Source of the DNA: a bacterium
GTDB taxonomy: Bacteria; UBA8248
Length of the DNA stretch: 64,000 bases
Reading direction: 5' to 3'
NCBI GenBank assembly: GCA_963692865.2
Contig: OY843592.1
Span: forward strand, 2,848,001-2,912,000
In this document: piece after piece, positions 19,811 to 30,628 of the stretch
Position numbering within the stretch: position 1 is the first letter of the stretch
How the letters are laid out: each line of letters opens with the position of its first letter
Made by a program: the position numbers and the translations under genes
Notes under the pieces: generated by a model
The model's input: only the letters and a program-made list of their open reading frames with translations
What the model was told of the DNA's origin: nothing
Database searches by the model: none

Positions 19811-22044
19811 TCACGACGGACACGCTCGCCACGCGGGATATGGCCCTCGACCACGGCCTGTCCCCAGACGAATGGGAGAAGATCACGCGAACACTGGGTC
19901 GCAAACCCAACGTAACGGAGCTCGGCGCATTCTCCGCCATGTGGAACGAGCACTGTTCGTACAAAAGCAGCCGCATTCACCTGAAAAAATTTCCTACGCA
20001 AGGCCCCCACGTCCTGCAAGGACCCGGTGAAAACGCCGGCGTCGTCGATCTGGGCGATGGCATGGCCGTCGCCTTCAAAATGGAGAGTCACAACCACCCT
20101 TCTTTCATCGAACCCTACCAGGGCGCGGCCACCGGAGTGGGCGGCATTTTGAGGGACATCTTCACGATGGGCGCGCGGCCCATAGCGCTGCTCGACAGCC
20201 TGCGTTTCGGCGCCCCTGAACATCCCCGCACCCCTTATCTCGTCGGTGGCGTCGTAGGCGGCATCGCGGGCTATGGAAACTGCATCGGCGTTCCCACGGT
20301 GGGCGGAGAAACGAAATTTCACCCTTGCTACAACGGGAACATTCTGGTGAACGTCATGTGCGCGGGCGTCATGCGCTCAGACGCCATATTCCGCGGCACG
20401 GCTTCGGGCATCGGGAACCCGGTTATCTACGTCGGCGCGCCCACCGGGCGGGACGGTATCCACGGCGCGTCGATGGCGTCTGCGGGATTTGACGATTCCG
20501 CCCTTCAAAAGAGACCCACCGTTCAGGTCGGAGACCCGTTCCGGGAAAAACTGCTCCTCGAGGCGTGCCTGGAACTGATGAAGCGCGGCGCCGTGGTCGG
20601 CATTCAGGACATGGGCGCCGCCGGCCTCACTTCCTCTTCCGTCGAAATGGCGGGCCGGGCGGGCACGGGCCTCCTCTTGCGCCTGGATGCGGTTCCCTGC
20701 CGGGAAGAGGCGATGTCGCCTTATGAGATGATGCTCTCTGAAAGTCAGGAGAGAATGCTGCTGGTGGCGGAAAAAGGCAGAGAACCCGAGGTGCGGGAGA
20801 TATTCGAGCGCTGGGACCTGCCGATGTCCGTCGTGGGAGAAGTCACCGGAGACGGAAGACTTCGCGCAACTTTCGAAGGGGATGAAGTCGCCGATCTGCC
20901 CGTTTCCGCCCTGACGGACAATGCGCCGACCTATGATCGCCCCAGAGAGCCCGAACGCGGACTTCCACTCGACGATCCGCTGGAAAAACTGCCGGAGCCT
21001 GGAGACCTGGGTTCCACCCTGCTCAAGATGCTGGCCCACCCCAACCAGGGAGACAAGAAACCGATATGGCGTCAATACGACCATAAAGTTCGCACGAATA
21101 CGGTAAACTCTCCGGGCGCTGACGCCGCTATCATTCGTCTCAAGGGCACCAACAAGGCGCTGGCCCTCACGACGGACGGGAACGCGCGATACGGCATGCT
21201 CGATCCCTACAAGGGAGGGATGCTCGCCGTGGCGGAAGCCGCGCGAAACATCTGCTGCGCGGGCGCAAGGCCGCTTGCTATCACGAATTGCCTGAACTTC
21301 GGCAATCCGGAGCGTCCCGCCGTCATGGCTCAATTTTCTCTTTCGATCGAGGGCATGGCCCAAGCCTGCCGAGCTCTGGACCTCCCCGTGGTGAGCGGGA
21401 ACGTGAGCTTCTACAACGAAACGCACCAAGTGGACATCTACCCTACCCCGATCATCGGTATGGTCGGCCTTCTCGACGACGTGCAAAAAAGAGCGGGTCA
21501 TGGCTTCGCAGTTGAGAATGACGCCATCGCCCTGATTCATCCCAAAGACGAAGCTCCATTGCCGGAAAGATCGGCCCATGAGTACGTGTGGGTGGAAACC
21601 GGTCAGGAAGGAGGCGATGCGCCTGCGATATCGCTGGATGCGGAACGGGCCGCGCAAACAGCGTGCAGGCGTGGCATCGAACTGTGTCTTGTGCGTTCAG
21701 CCCACGATCTTTCCGAAGGCGGGCTGGGAATCGCATTGGCGGAATCCGCGCTCGCGTCGCCGAAAAGCAGGCTTGGAGCCGAAGTGGCGCTTCCCGAATT
21801 GGAAGGCAGGCCCGACGGCTTGCTATACGGCGAGGCCGCTTCTCGCATTCTGGTGAGCGCGTCTGCGGATGCAATGGACGCGCTGCATGAGGTCGCACAA
21901 AGCTGCGGAGCAAAGCTAACGCGAATCGGTCGCGTTCAGGAGGGTGCTTTCTCCGTCAAAACGGCGGATAATGCGCCCCTCATTAATCTGACCATGCCGG
22001 AAATCGTGGCGGCATGGTCGGGCGCCCTCTCCGAGGTAATGTGA
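19807..22044 (+). CDS. purL: FGAM synthase subunit PurL
   Basis: [29 protein letters not shown]; GTG at 19807. Confidence 0.97.
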   Translation: MITTDTLATRDMALDHGLSPDEWEKITRTLGRKPNVTELGAFSAMWNEHCSYKSSRIHLKKFPTQGPHVLQGPGENAGVVDLGDGMAVAFKMESHNHPSFIEPYQGAATGVGGILRDIFTMGARPIALLDSLRFGAPEHPRTPYLVGGVVGGIAGYGNCIGVPTVGGETKFHPCYNGNILVNVMCAGVMRSDAIFRGTASGIGNPVIYVGAPTGRDGIHGASMASAGFDDSALQKRPTVQVGDPFREKLLLEACLELMKRGAVVGIQDMGAAGLTSSSVEMAGRAGTGLLLRLDAVPCREEAMSPYEMMLSESQERMLLVAEKGREPEVREIFERWDLPMSVVGEVTGDGRLRATFEGDEVADLPVSALTDNAPTYDRPREPERGLPLDDPLEKLPEPGDLGSTLLKMLAHPNQGDKKPIWRQYDHKVRTNTVNSPGADAAIIRLKGTNKALALTTDGNARYGMLDPYKGGMLAVAEAARNICCAGARPLAITNCLNFGNPERPAVMAQFSLSIEGMAQACRALDLPVVSGNVSFYNETHQVDIYPTPIIGMVGLLDDVQKRAGHGFAVENDAIALIHPKDEAPLPERSAHEYVWVETGQEGGDAPAISLDAERAAQTACRRGIELCLVRSAHDLSEGGLGIALAESALASPKSRLGAEVALPELEGRPDGLLYGEAASRILVSASADAMDALHEVAQSCGAKLTRIGRVQEGAFSVKTADNAPLINLTMPEIVAAWSGALSEVM

Positions 22045-22045
22045 G

Positions 22046-23494
22046 ATGTCCGCCTGGATCGATGATCACCCGAAGGAGGAATGCGGCGTTTTTGGGATAT
22101 ACAACCATCCCGAAGCGGCCAACATGGCCTACCTGGGGCTCTACGCTCTTCAGCACAGAGGACAGGAGAGCGCCGGCATCGTGGCTTCCAATGGAGAGAG
22201 GGTGCACAGCGAGGTCGGCATGGGCCTCGTCGCCGATGTTTTCACGGAAGAGCGCATCGCCAAACTCCAGGGCCACATCGCAATCGGACACAACCGCTAC
22301 TCCACCGCAGGACAATCCGACATCAAGAACGCCCAACCGTTCCTGGTAAACTACGCAAAAGGAACGCTCGCACTCGGACACAATGGAAACCTCGTAAACG
22401 GCGGCGCTTTGCGAGAGGAACTGGAAGAGAACGGCTCCATTTTCCGCAGCACGACGGACAGCGAGGTCATCTTGCACCTCATCGCCAAGTCCAATGAAAA
22501 AACCACCGAGGGCGCCATCATCGAGGCCATCCAATGCCTGGAAGGCGCTTATTCGCTTACGATGATGACAGAGGAAAAACTGATCGGCATTCGGGACCCG
22601 CTTGGCTTCCGCCCTTTGGTTTTGGGCAAACTCCGAGCCGGTCAGGACGGGAGCGATTCCTGGGTTTTGGCGAGCGAAACCTGTGCGCTCGATCTGATTG
22701 ACGCCGGATACGTGCGCGAAGTGGAACCCGGCGAGATGGTCGTGATCGACCAAGACGGGGTAAGGAGCATCACCCATTCTCCATCCACTCAACACCAACA
22801 ATGTATTTTCGAGTTCATCTATTTCGCCCGACCGGACAGCTTGATTTTCGGTAAAAACGCCTATGCCGTCAGACGCAAACTAGGCGCCCGCCTCGCAGAG
22901 GAGGATGACGTGGAGGCGGACATCGTTACGCCTGTTCCGGACTCGGGCCTGTCCGCCGCGCTCGGATACGCAGACGCCTCCGGTCTGCCGCTGGAGTGGG
23001 GTCTGATACGCAATCACTATGTGGGTCGCACGTTCATCGAACCGGAGCAGTCCATTCGAAATTTCGGCGTCAAACTGAAATTGAACCCCATGAAAGAGTT
23101 TCTGGCGGACAAGCGGGTCGTGGTGGTGGACGACTCCCTCGTCAGGGGCACGACGAGCCAAAAAATCGTCGAACTCATCAGGAGAGCGGGCGCAAAAGAA
23201 GTTCACATGCGCATCAGTTCTCCTCCCATCACCCATCCGTGTTTTTTCGGCATCGACATGCCTACCCTCGCCGAACTCAAGGCTTCATCGAACAGCGTCG
23301 AGGAAATCAGGCAATTCCTGAAGGCGGACAGTCTTCGATATCTATCTACCGAGGGCCTGCTCCACTGCACACACCCGAATGAAGATGCGTTTTGCACGGC
23401 TTGTTTTTCTGGAAATTATCCGATTTCCGTCGAGGAAATCGACTATCAACTCTCCCTTTTCCGGGATTCGCGAACCTCCGAGCACCGCGCATGA
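22046..23494 (+). CDS. purF: amidophosphoribosyltransferase (propeptide, Fe-S type)
   Basis: EECGVFG, QHRGQE, VDDSLVRGTT, CTACF. Confidence 0.97.
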   Translation: MSAWIDDHPKEECGVFGIYNHPEAANMAYLGLYALQHRGQESAGIVASNGERVHSEVGMGLVADVFTEERIAKLQGHIAIGHNRYSTAGQSDIKNAQPFLVNYAKGTLALGHNGNLVNGGALREELEENGSIFRSTTDSEVILHLIAKSNEKTTEGAIIEAIQCLEGAYSLTMMTEEKLIGIRDPLGFRPLVLGKLRAGQDGSDSWVLASETCALDLIDAGYVREVEPGEMVVIDQDGVRSITHSPSTQHQQCIFEFIYFARPDSLIFGKNAYAVRRKLGARLAEEDDVEADIVTPVPDSGLSAALGYADASGLPLEWGLIRNHYVGRTFIEPEQSIRNFGVKLKLNPMKEFLADKRVVVVDDSLVRGTTSQKIVELIRRAGAKEVHMRISSPPITHPCFFGIDMPTLAELKASSNSVEEIRQFLKADSLRYLSTEGLLHCTHPNEDAFCTACFSGNYPISVEEIDYQLSLFRDSRTSEHRA

Positions 23495-23604
23495 TGAATT
23501 TGACCGATCGCATCGGTGGTTGTTATCCTTCCCTCGTATTTACGGTTGTTTTCACGCATTTTTAGAATCTTCCTAAAAAACTTGGAAATCAGGGAGAGGG
23601 TATC

Positions 23605-25356
23605 TTGTCAATAAAACAAAGATGTTTTCTCCTCATCTGCATGTTCGCGGCGGGCTGCAGCACTACGCCAGTCGTCGATAACAAGGCCCAGCCGAACAAA
23701 TTTGCAGGCGATACCGCGCGCGCGCAAAATCCGCCTGGAAAAACCGTCTTTCTCGACTCCTCAATGCCAAAGCGTCCTCCGCTCAAACAAGCTGAAACCT
23801 CTCAGATAAAACCACCCAAGGCCTCAGCACCCATACAGTCCATAGAGAGCGAAGCGGATAAAGTCGCTAAGCGACCAGATTATGTAAATTCAATGGACGA
23901 GAAAGCGGATAAAAACGCTGAGCCCTCCCCACACGACATCAACCTGCCGGTGCCGGAGACCGAAGAACTCCTCAAGCCTCCACCAACCCCGGAAGCCAAG
24001 AAACCCAAGGCTTTTTTGTATGACGTCCCCGTCGTTCGCAACGCCATCGTGAACAGGTGGCTTGAGTATTTTACGGGTCCCGGACGCGCCAGTTTTTCCG
24101 TCTGGCTGGGCAGGGGGGGACGCTATATCAATTTATTCCGTAAAATTCTCAAGGAACACCAACTACCGCAAGATTTGGCGTATCTCTCTTTGATCGAAAG
24201 TGGATTCAACCCGAAGGCCCGCTCCAGAGCCGGTGCGGTCGGTCCCTGGCAGTTCATGCCGGGCACCGCGAGGCGAATGGGCCTGAAAATCAATTATTAC
24301 CTGGACGAGCGTCGCCACCCGATGAAATCCACCCGCGCAGCTTCGGCCTACCTATCGAAACTTTACGAGGAATTCGGCGACTGGCATCTCGCGCTCGCCG
24401 CATATAACGCGGGAGAACGCCGCATCGCCAGGGCCATTCGCAGATCAAAGCGAAAAGACTACTGGTCACTCGCCAGAACGAGATACCTGCCCAACGAAAC
24501 CCGCAACTACGTCGCCAAGTACCTGGCAGGGATGATAATCGCCAAAAACCCGGAAGTTTTCGGTTTCGTAGGCATCGATTATGAAAACTCCTGGAATTAT
24601 AAATCCGTCAAACTTGTTCATGGCACCAGCTTGAGAGCGATTTCCCGTATTTCGAACGTCTCCCTACGAACTTTGAGGGAAATCAATGCGGAGTTGAGAA
24701 CTTCCGTCACGCCCCCGGGCAATGGATATCATCTTTTTCTCCCGGATGAAAAAGCGAAGAAATTTGCCGCGAAACTGGCGAAACTGACCGAGAAATATCT
24801 CGCATCTCCCAACGGTTACCGCATACAGCCCGGCGATACTTTCGGCGCCATCGCGCAAAGATTCGGAGTCCCGTTAGACAAGATACTCGAACTGAACACC
24901 CATCTCCATCCCAGAAGACTTCAAGTGGGCGCCAAAGTTCTTCTGCCCAAATCGCCAAAAAGGCTTAAAGCGGCTCTGCAAAATGCCGCACCGGCAAACG
25001 GGAACGCCCCCGCGCCGAAGCTGCACGTCGTGCGACGAGGCGAAAACTTTTGGCTGATCGCGCGAAAATACGGCATCCCCACCCAGGAACTCGTGCGCCT
25101 CAATACCGGTCTCGACCCGAAGCTTCTGCGCATCGGTATGAGAATTCGCCTCCCTTCCCCCAAACGCCCTGTAAAGGTCGAAAAGAGCAAGAAGCAAAAA
25201 CCAGATAGGCCATTGCACCACCTCGTCGGTCCGGGAGAGAGCGTCTGGCTCATCGCCAAGCGATACGGAATTTCAACAAAATCTCTCCTTGCCTGGAACC
25301 GGCTGAGCGCATCGGGCAAAATTTTTCCCGGAGAAAAGCTCATCGTTCGCCGCTAG
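23605..25356 (+). CDS. MltD-like lytic transglycosylase lipoprotein with 3 LysM domains
   Basis: lipobox AAGC, IESGF, AVGPWQFM, ALAAYNAG, C-terminal LysM repeats. Confidence 0.9.
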   Translation: MSIKQRCFLLICMFAAGCSTTPVVDNKAQPNKFAGDTARAQNPPGKTVFLDSSMPKRPPLKQAETSQIKPPKASAPIQSIESEADKVAKRPDYVNSMDEKADKNAEPSPHDINLPVPETEELLKPPPTPEAKKPKAFLYDVPVVRNAIVNRWLEYFTGPGRASFSVWLGRGGRYINLFRKILKEHQLPQDLAYLSLIESGFNPKARSRAGAVGPWQFMPGTARRMGLKINYYLDERRHPMKSTRAASAYLSKLYEEFGDWHLALAAYNAGERRIARAIRRSKRKDYWSLARTRYLPNETRNYVAKYLAGMIIAKNPEVFGFVGIDYENSWNYKSVKLVHGTSLRAISRISNVSLRTLREINAELRTSVTPPGNGYHLFLPDEKAKKFAAKLAKLTEKYLASPNGYRIQPGDTFGAIAQRFGVPLDKILELNTHLHPRRLQVGAKVLLPKSPKRLKAALQNAAPANGNAPAPKLHVVRRGENFWLIARKYGIPTQELVRLNTGLDPKLLRIGMRIRLPSPKRPVKVEKSKKQKPDRPLHHLVGPGESVWLIAKRYGISTKSLLAWNRLSASGKIFPGEKLIVRR

Positions 25357-25369
25357 AATCAAAGGTTTC

Positions 25370-25399
25370 TTGACACCTGCTTTGATGCTCTCCTAAGAT
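25370..25399 (+). promoter_or_regulatory. putative promoter of bamD
   Basis: TTGACA-18 bp-TAAGAT. Confidence 0.45.
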
Positions 25400-25452
25400 T
25401 CAGAGTGATCTGAAGTTACGCGTCCATATTTCTACTTTCGATAGAGAAAAAT

Positions 25453-26226
25453 ATGTTCAACCGCGCTGCACACGACGTCATGACCGTTTTTTTCTCATCG
25501 CTTTGCGTGCTCCTGATCCTGGGAGGGTGCGTCTCGCGTCCGAAACAGCAGGCATCACCCGGGGAATTGCTCGTCATCGGAGAGGAGGATTTACGAGCCG
25601 AGCGCTTCGAGGCGGCGCGCCTTGCGTTCAAGCGTCTGCTGGAGGAACATCCCGACAGCAAACACCGCCGAAGCGCGTTGTTGCGTCTGGGAGATTCATA
25701 CTACCATGAGGAAGAATACATCGAATCGAAGTTGCAATACACTGAGTACGTCCGCCTCTATCCCGTAAGCGCCGGAACGCCGAAAGCGTATTATTTCCTC
25801 GCCATGAGCGATTATCAGAGAAATCTCGCCATCGACCAGGACGCATCCGTTGCGAGAGACGCGCTCAAGAATTTTCAAACTCTCGTGCGCCGTTTTCCCG
25901 GCTCGCAATACACGGCGGATGCAAAACAGAAGATATCGGAGTTAAGGGAACATCTCGCCAAAAACGCTCTGTTTATCGCGAACTTTTACTTAAGGACAAA
26001 CCTGCGGGTCTCCGCGATTCCGCGCTACAAAGAAATTATTCGAGATTTTGGAGACGTTCCCCATGTTCGCGCCGAAGCCATGTATAAACTGGGGGAAAGC
26101 TACAGAATAGAGCAGAGTTTCAAGAAAGCAGGAGAAGCCTATCGTTCACTTTTGGAGTCGTATCCCGATGACCGGTTCGCTTCACCCGCATATGGCAGGC
26201 TCCTCGCGTTGACAGGTGAAAAATGA
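25453..26226 (+). CDS. bamD: outer membrane protein assembly factor BamD
   Basis: lipobox LGGC, TPR repeats, DQ...FP.SQY, IANFY. Confidence 0.85.
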   Translation: MFNRAAHDVMTVFFSSLCVLLILGGCVSRPKQQASPGELLVIGEEDLRAERFEAARLAFKRLLEEHPDSKHRRSALLRLGDSYYHEEEYIESKLQYTEYVRLYPVSAGTPKAYYFLAMSDYQRNLAIDQDASVARDALKNFQTLVRRFPGSQYTADAKQKISELREHLAKNALFIANFYLRTNLRVSAIPRYKEIIRDFGDVPHVRAEAMYKLGESYRIEQSFKKAGEAYRSLLESYPDDRFASPAYGRLLALTGEK

Positions 26227-26279
26227 CGCACCGGCCCATTTCGTGCCCAAACAACCTAGCCGCATGCGAGTAACTTTAG

Positions 26280-27269
26280 ATGACCGAGCCGAACGAAGGC
26301 GACCCAAAAGACAGAAATTCACCTGCCGGGAGCGGCGAGATTCCCGATACGAAAGAGACGGATTCCTACTCAACAAACGAAACAGACGATGCGCCCGCGT
26401 TTTCCGATTCACGGGATGATTCCGATGGGGACGCGCCGGACTCTCCCGCAGCGGATACACTGTCCCTCTATCTGAGAGACATCGGCGCCCACCCCGTTCT
26501 CACGCGCGACGAAGAGCACGCGATGGCCCTTGCGGCAAGAGAGGGGGATGAAGACGCATTCAACAAACTCGTTCGTTCGAATTTAAGATACGTCGTCAGC
26601 GTGGCGAATCGCTACAAGAACTTCGGGCTTTCACTCGAAGACTTGATAAATGAGGGGAACATCGGGTTGATCAATGCGATCAAACGCTTCGATCCGCAAC
26701 GCGGCGTAAAACTCATTACCTATGCCGTATGGTGGATTCGCCAAAGCATCATGCACGCTCTGGCGGACCAGAGGAGCACCGTCAGGCTGCCCGTCAAACA
26801 GGCCGGTCTTCTCCATAAAATCTCCATCACCTACGAGAAACTCCGGCAGGAATTCGGGCGCGAACCCGAGACGTCCGAGTTGTCCGAGCGATTGGACATG
26901 AAAGTGGCGGATATCGAAAAACTCATACGCATGAATCGGAATTATCTTTCTCTCGACGCCGCCGTTTCTCCCGACGACGACACCAGTTACCTCGATTTGC
27001 TCGAAGAACAAAGCGCCGTATCCGTGGAGGAAAACGTGGTGCAGCACTCTCTGGAAGAGGAGGTGGAGGACTTGCTCGCAGAGCTCGACCCCAGAGAGCG
27101 CGACATTATTCGCATGCGCTATGGCTTCGACGGAGAGGCGATGACACTCGAAGAAATCGGGAGCAAACTCGGGCTGTCGCGCGAAAGAATCAGACAAATA
27201 GAAAAAAAAGTAATCAGCCGTTTTCGCGCGGAAGCCAGCCACCAGATGCTTCATGATTTTTTGAGTTGA
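26280..27269 (+). CDS. sigma-70 family factor (group 2/RpoS-like, no region 1.1)
   Basis: YLRDIG, NLRYVV, DLINEGNIGL, TYAVWWIRQ, TLEEIG...SRERIRQIE. Confidence 0.92.
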   Translation: MTEPNEGDPKDRNSPAGSGEIPDTKETDSYSTNETDDAPAFSDSRDDSDGDAPDSPAADTLSLYLRDIGAHPVLTRDEEHAMALAAREGDEDAFNKLVRSNLRYVVSVANRYKNFGLSLEDLINEGNIGLINAIKRFDPQRGVKLITYAVWWIRQSIMHALADQRSTVRLPVKQAGLLHKISITYEKLRQEFGREPETSELSERLDMKVADIEKLIRMNRNYLSLDAAVSPDDDTSYLDLLEEQSAVSVEENVVQHSLEEEVEDLLAELDPRERDIIRMRYGFDGEAMTLEEIGSKLGLSRERIRQIEKKVISRFRAEASHQMLHDFLS

Positions 27270-27880
27270 CGATGTCCGAGGCGAATCCACAAAAATCCGA
27301 CGCTTCTCCCGCAGGCTGGCGAGAAGCGGCCTCTCGCCTCATTGCGAGTGGAACCGGAGAAAAATTCACGCTCGCAAACAGCCTCACGCTCGCCCGCATC
27401 TTGATGGTTCCATTGCTCGTCATGTTCCTGCTGCAAGGCTCGCCCCCCGCGCAATACTTCGCGGCCGGTCTTTTCGTCATGGCGGCCTTTACGGATTGGC
27501 TCGACGGGCACCTGGCCAGAACGCGCGACCAGATAACCCCTCTTGGCGAGATTCTCGACCCCGTCGCCGACAAGCTGCTCATACTCGCCGCCTTGATTCC
27601 CCTGGTATCGCTCGGAAAAGTGGACGCATGGGTCGTGGGCATACTGCTGGGCCGGGAACTTCTGGTGACGGCCTTTCGCGCCGTGGCGATACGCCAAGGT
27701 CTGGTGGTACCGGCGGGCTTTCTCGGCAAAATCAAGATGGGCCTGGAGGTCGCCGCGATTTTTTTCCTCATCCTGGGCATTTTCCCGCCGCTGGGCACCA
27801 TTTTGATCTGGGGCGCCATGATAGCTGCGGTTATCTCCGCCGTTGATTATTTTCGCCAAATCGTTCGAGCCATCTCTTGA
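27266..27880 (+). CDS. pgsA: CDP-diacylglycerol--glycerol-3-phosphate phosphatidyltransferase
   Basis: NSLTLARI, TDWLDGHLAR, LDPVADK. Confidence 0.93.
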   Translation: MTMSEANPQKSDASPAGWREAASRLIASGTGEKFTLANSLTLARILMVPLLVMFLLQGSPPAQYFAAGLFVMAAFTDWLDGHLARTRDQITPLGEILDPVADKLLILAALIPLVSLGKVDAWVVGILLGRELLVTAFRAVAIRQGLVVPAGFLGKIKMGLEVAAIFFLILGIFPPLGTILIWGAMIAAVISAVDYFRQIVRAIS

Positions 27881-28485
27881 TGGGCGCTTTTTTTCTCGTC
27901 ATCCTGATCGGCGGCTTTCTGGGCGCCATTCCCTTCGGGGTGCTGATCACCCGGTTGTTCGGCGCCGAGGATCCGCGCGAATCGGGAAGCGGCAACATCG
28001 GTGCGACGAACGTCTTGAGAACGAGTGGCTGGAAAAGCGGGGTGCTGACCCTTTTGCTCGACGTGTTCAAGGGCGTTGCGGCCATTCTCTTCGCCCGCTA
28101 TGTGGCCTCTCTTGTATCCGCTCCCGCCCTGGAGCCGGTCGCCGCCCTTGCGGCGGTGCTCGGGCACATGTATTCGCCGTTCACGGGGTTTCGCGGGGGC
28201 AAGGGCGTGGCCACCGGACTTGGCGTTTTCGCTCTCCTGACCCCGGGTCCAACGGCCCTCGCAACACTCGTTTTCATTTCCGTGGTGGCCGCGACGCGGT
28301 ACGTCTCCCTCGGCTCCATGCTCGCGGCGGCGACGGTGCCGCTGGCGGGTTTTTGGCTGAACTACTCCACCGTGGTATACGCCCTGTCCGGCTTGATCTC
28401 CCTGTTCGTCATCTGGAAACATCAAGACAACATCGGACGGTTAATGCGCGGGGAGGAGAACCGCATCGGGCGGAAGAAGGGCTGA
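27877..28485 (+). CDS. plsY: glycerol-3-phosphate acyltransferase PlsY
   Basis: GSGNIGATNVLR, FRGGKGVAT, KHQDNI.RL..GEE. Confidence 0.96.
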   Translation: MMGAFFLVILIGGFLGAIPFGVLITRLFGAEDPRESGSGNIGATNVLRTSGWKSGVLTLLLDVFKGVAAILFARYVASLVSAPALEPVAALAAVLGHMYSPFTGFRGGKGVATGLGVFALLTPGPTALATLVFISVVAATRYVSLGSMLAAATVPLAGFWLNYSTVVYALSGLISLFVIWKHQDNIGRLMRGEENRIGRKKG

Positions 28486-28555
28486 GGTCTCTTTCATGAC
28501 GACAGAATATCCGATGCCCCGGGTTCGTCCATTTTCCTGAACCATTGGAGAGACA

Positions 28556-28921
28556 ATGCTCACGGGTTGTTCCCCGGTTTTTCTCCTCGTCATCCTGGGT
28601 GTAGGAGTCGGGAGCTGGATCTTTGGCAATCACACCGCCGCGAGAATCACCGGACTTTTGGCGATCACCGTTTTTCTCTCCTATTTCGCCCTCTTGAACT
28701 GGACGGCGCAAAACCGCCAGAAACAAGGGTCAGACGCCCCGCAGGAAAAGGACTTGTACCAGGAAATCACCGGCCCGCACGACGACGGTACGCGCAGGGA
28801 GCCATTCACCGAAGACGACCGGGCGGAGTGGCGGAACTACCTGAAATCGGAAGGAAAGATCCTCTGGTTCGGAGTCGCGGGACTTCTCCTGGCGCTGCTC
28901 TATCTAACATTGAAAAACTGA
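28556..28921 (+). CDS. hypothetical membrane protein
   Basis: 121 aa, three hydrophobic segments, GGAG RBS, fills gap. Confidence 0.55.
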   Translation: MLTGCSPVFLLVILGVGVGSWIFGNHTAARITGLLAITVFLSYFALLNWTAQNRQKQGSDAPQEKDLYQEITGPHDDGTRREPFTEDDRAEWRNYLKSEGKILWFGVAGLLLALLYLTLKN

Positions 28922-28953
28922 ATTCTCGACCAGAATGGATACATTGCGGGGTT

Positions 28954-30060
28954 CTATTCGAAAAATCGAATGACCGTCTCCGCCACAAAATCGAGATCAT
29001 CATCCGTGAGCTCGGGATAGACGGGAAGCGATAATACCTGGGCGGCTGCGGCCTCGCTCTCTGGAAAATCCCCCCGTTGATACCCAGCGAAGCAAGGATG
29101 AAGATGCAGGGGCGAAGGATAATATACGCCGCAACCAACGCCATTTCGAGACAAATATTCCTGCAGTTTGTCCCTCTCGGGTGTCCGAACCGCGTATTGA
29201 TGAAACACATGCCCCACGGCGGGAATCAAGGGCGGGATGAACCGCTCCCCAACGATGCCGCCGGCCTTGAATCTCGCTCCATATTTCAGGGCGTTTTGTC
29301 GTCTCTTCGCGTTCCACTCATCCAGGCGCTTCAGTTTGACGGACAAGAACGCCGCCTGCATCGTATCCATCCTGAAATTTCCGCCTACTTCCAGATATTC
29401 GGAATTATCGGGCGAGCCGTGAATCCTGAGCCTTCGCATGCGCTCGGCCAGAGCGTCGTCTTTGGCCAGGACCATGCCGGCGTCCCCAAGCGCGCTGAGG
29501 TTTTTGGTTGGGTAAAACGACAGGCAACCCGCATCCCCCAAGGCGCCGGCCGCACCCAGGCTCGTCCGAGCACCGACGGCCTGGGCGGCGTCTTCCACCA
29601 AGAAGAGCCCGCGGCGTTCGACGATTTCGAGAATCTCCGCCATCGGCGCGCAGCGGCCGTACATATGAACGGGAATGATCCCTCTCGTATTCGGTGTGAC
29701 GGCTTCTTCAACCCGCCCCGGATCGAGATTGAACGTGTCGGGCTCAATATCCACGAACACCGGCTTCGCGCCCAGGCGATGAATGACGCCCGCTGTGGCG
29801 AAAAACGTGAACGCCGAAGTAATAACCTCATCTCCCGGCCTCACGTCGTTCGCCATCAACGCCAACAGCAGAGCGTCCGTACCGGATGAAACGGCGATGG
29901 CATGCTCCGCGCCGCACCAGGCCGCCATCTCGGATTCGAACAGGCCTATCTCCTCGCCCATGACGAACCTCTGGTGGTTCATCACTCTTTCGACCGCCGC
30001 CAGCATCTGCGCTTTGAGCGATCCGTTTTGGGCTTCCAAATCATAAAGGGGTATGCGCAT
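28954..30060 (-). CDS. DegT/DnrJ/EryC1/StrS sugar aminotransferase
   Basis: SSGTDAL, EDAAQA, SFYPTKNL. Confidence 0.93.
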   Translation of the reverse strand: MRIPLYDLEAQNGSLKAQMLAAVERVMNHQRFVMGEEIGLFESEMAAWCGAEHAIAVSSGTDALLLALMANDVRPGDEVITSAFTFFATAGVIHRLGAKPVFVDIEPDTFNLDPGRVEEAVTPNTRGIIPVHMYGRCAPMAEILEIVERRGLFLVEDAAQAVGARTSLGAAGALGDAGCLSFYPTKNLSALGDAGMVLAKDDALAERMRRLRIHGSPDNSEYLEVGGNFRMDTMQAAFLSVKLKRLDEWNAKRRQNALKYGARFKAGGIVGERFIPPLIPAVGHVFHQYAVRTPERDKLQEYLSRNGVGCGVYYPSPLHLHPCFAGYQRGDFPESEAAAAQVLSLPVYPELTDDDLDFVAETVIRFFE

Positions 30061-30106
30061 GGAGACTTTCTGGCCTTATCGGGGATCCCTCGAGGAAAGT
30101 CCAAAT

Positions 30107-30193
30107 TGGTGCCGGAGGCCGGACTCGAACCGGCAAGGGGTTTCCCCCGGTGGATTTTGAGTCCACTGCGTCTACCAATTCCGCCACTCCGGC
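30107..30193 (-). tRNA. tRNA-Leu(CAA)
   Basis: GCCGGAG acceptor, anticodon arm GTGGA-CTCAAAA-TCCAC, long variable arm, GGTTCGAGTCC, encoded CCA. Confidence 0.97.
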
Positions 30194-30269
30194 AGAAAGA
30201 GGATGTAACTTAGCCTCTACTCACGCCTTCTGGCAAGATGCGTCCCGCATTTTCGCCCCCATGCGGGAT

Positions 30270-30506
30270 TCATCCTTCAAATTCCGCCCAGCTCGACGGC
30301 GAAACCTCCTGCGCGTCCATTCGCCAGGAGATGGAATCCTCACACTCGGGGCACAAAACGATAAAGCGCCCCTCCGGTTCTTCCTCCATCTCGTCCCGGA
30401 ACACCTTGAGGCAGTTGCGGCAATACGCCCGGCTGCAGGCGGCGCACGCATTGGGGCGCGCATGGCGGAATCGCAAGCCGCATGCGGGACACTCATGGGT
30501 CTCCAT
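30270..30506 (-). CDS. small 8-Cys zinc-finger protein (FYVE/PHD-like spacing)
   Basis: 78 aa from METHEC, four CxxC pairs, AAAGGA RBS. Confidence 0.7.
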   Translation of the reverse strand: METHECPACGLRFRHARPNACAACSRAYCRNCLKVFRDEMEEEPEGRFIVLCPECEDSISWRMDAQEVSPSSWAEFEG

Positions 30507-30628
30507 GCTTTTCCTTTCAGCGCCGGAAAAAGTCCGCATTCATGGCGGCGGCTTCGAATCTTTGCTACATTTTCCCGAATCCGAAACCGTCAAACTTCTC
30601 GCACATTTATCGGAAGGACGAATATACC

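Noticed and set aside
28921-28954. Replication terminus at the +/- gene convergence
   Set aside because: No dif site, and the + strand looks C-rich on both sides
30061-30135. Island integrated at tRNA-Leu 3' end
   Set aside because: No duplicate of the tRNA 3' end and no integrase seen in the window
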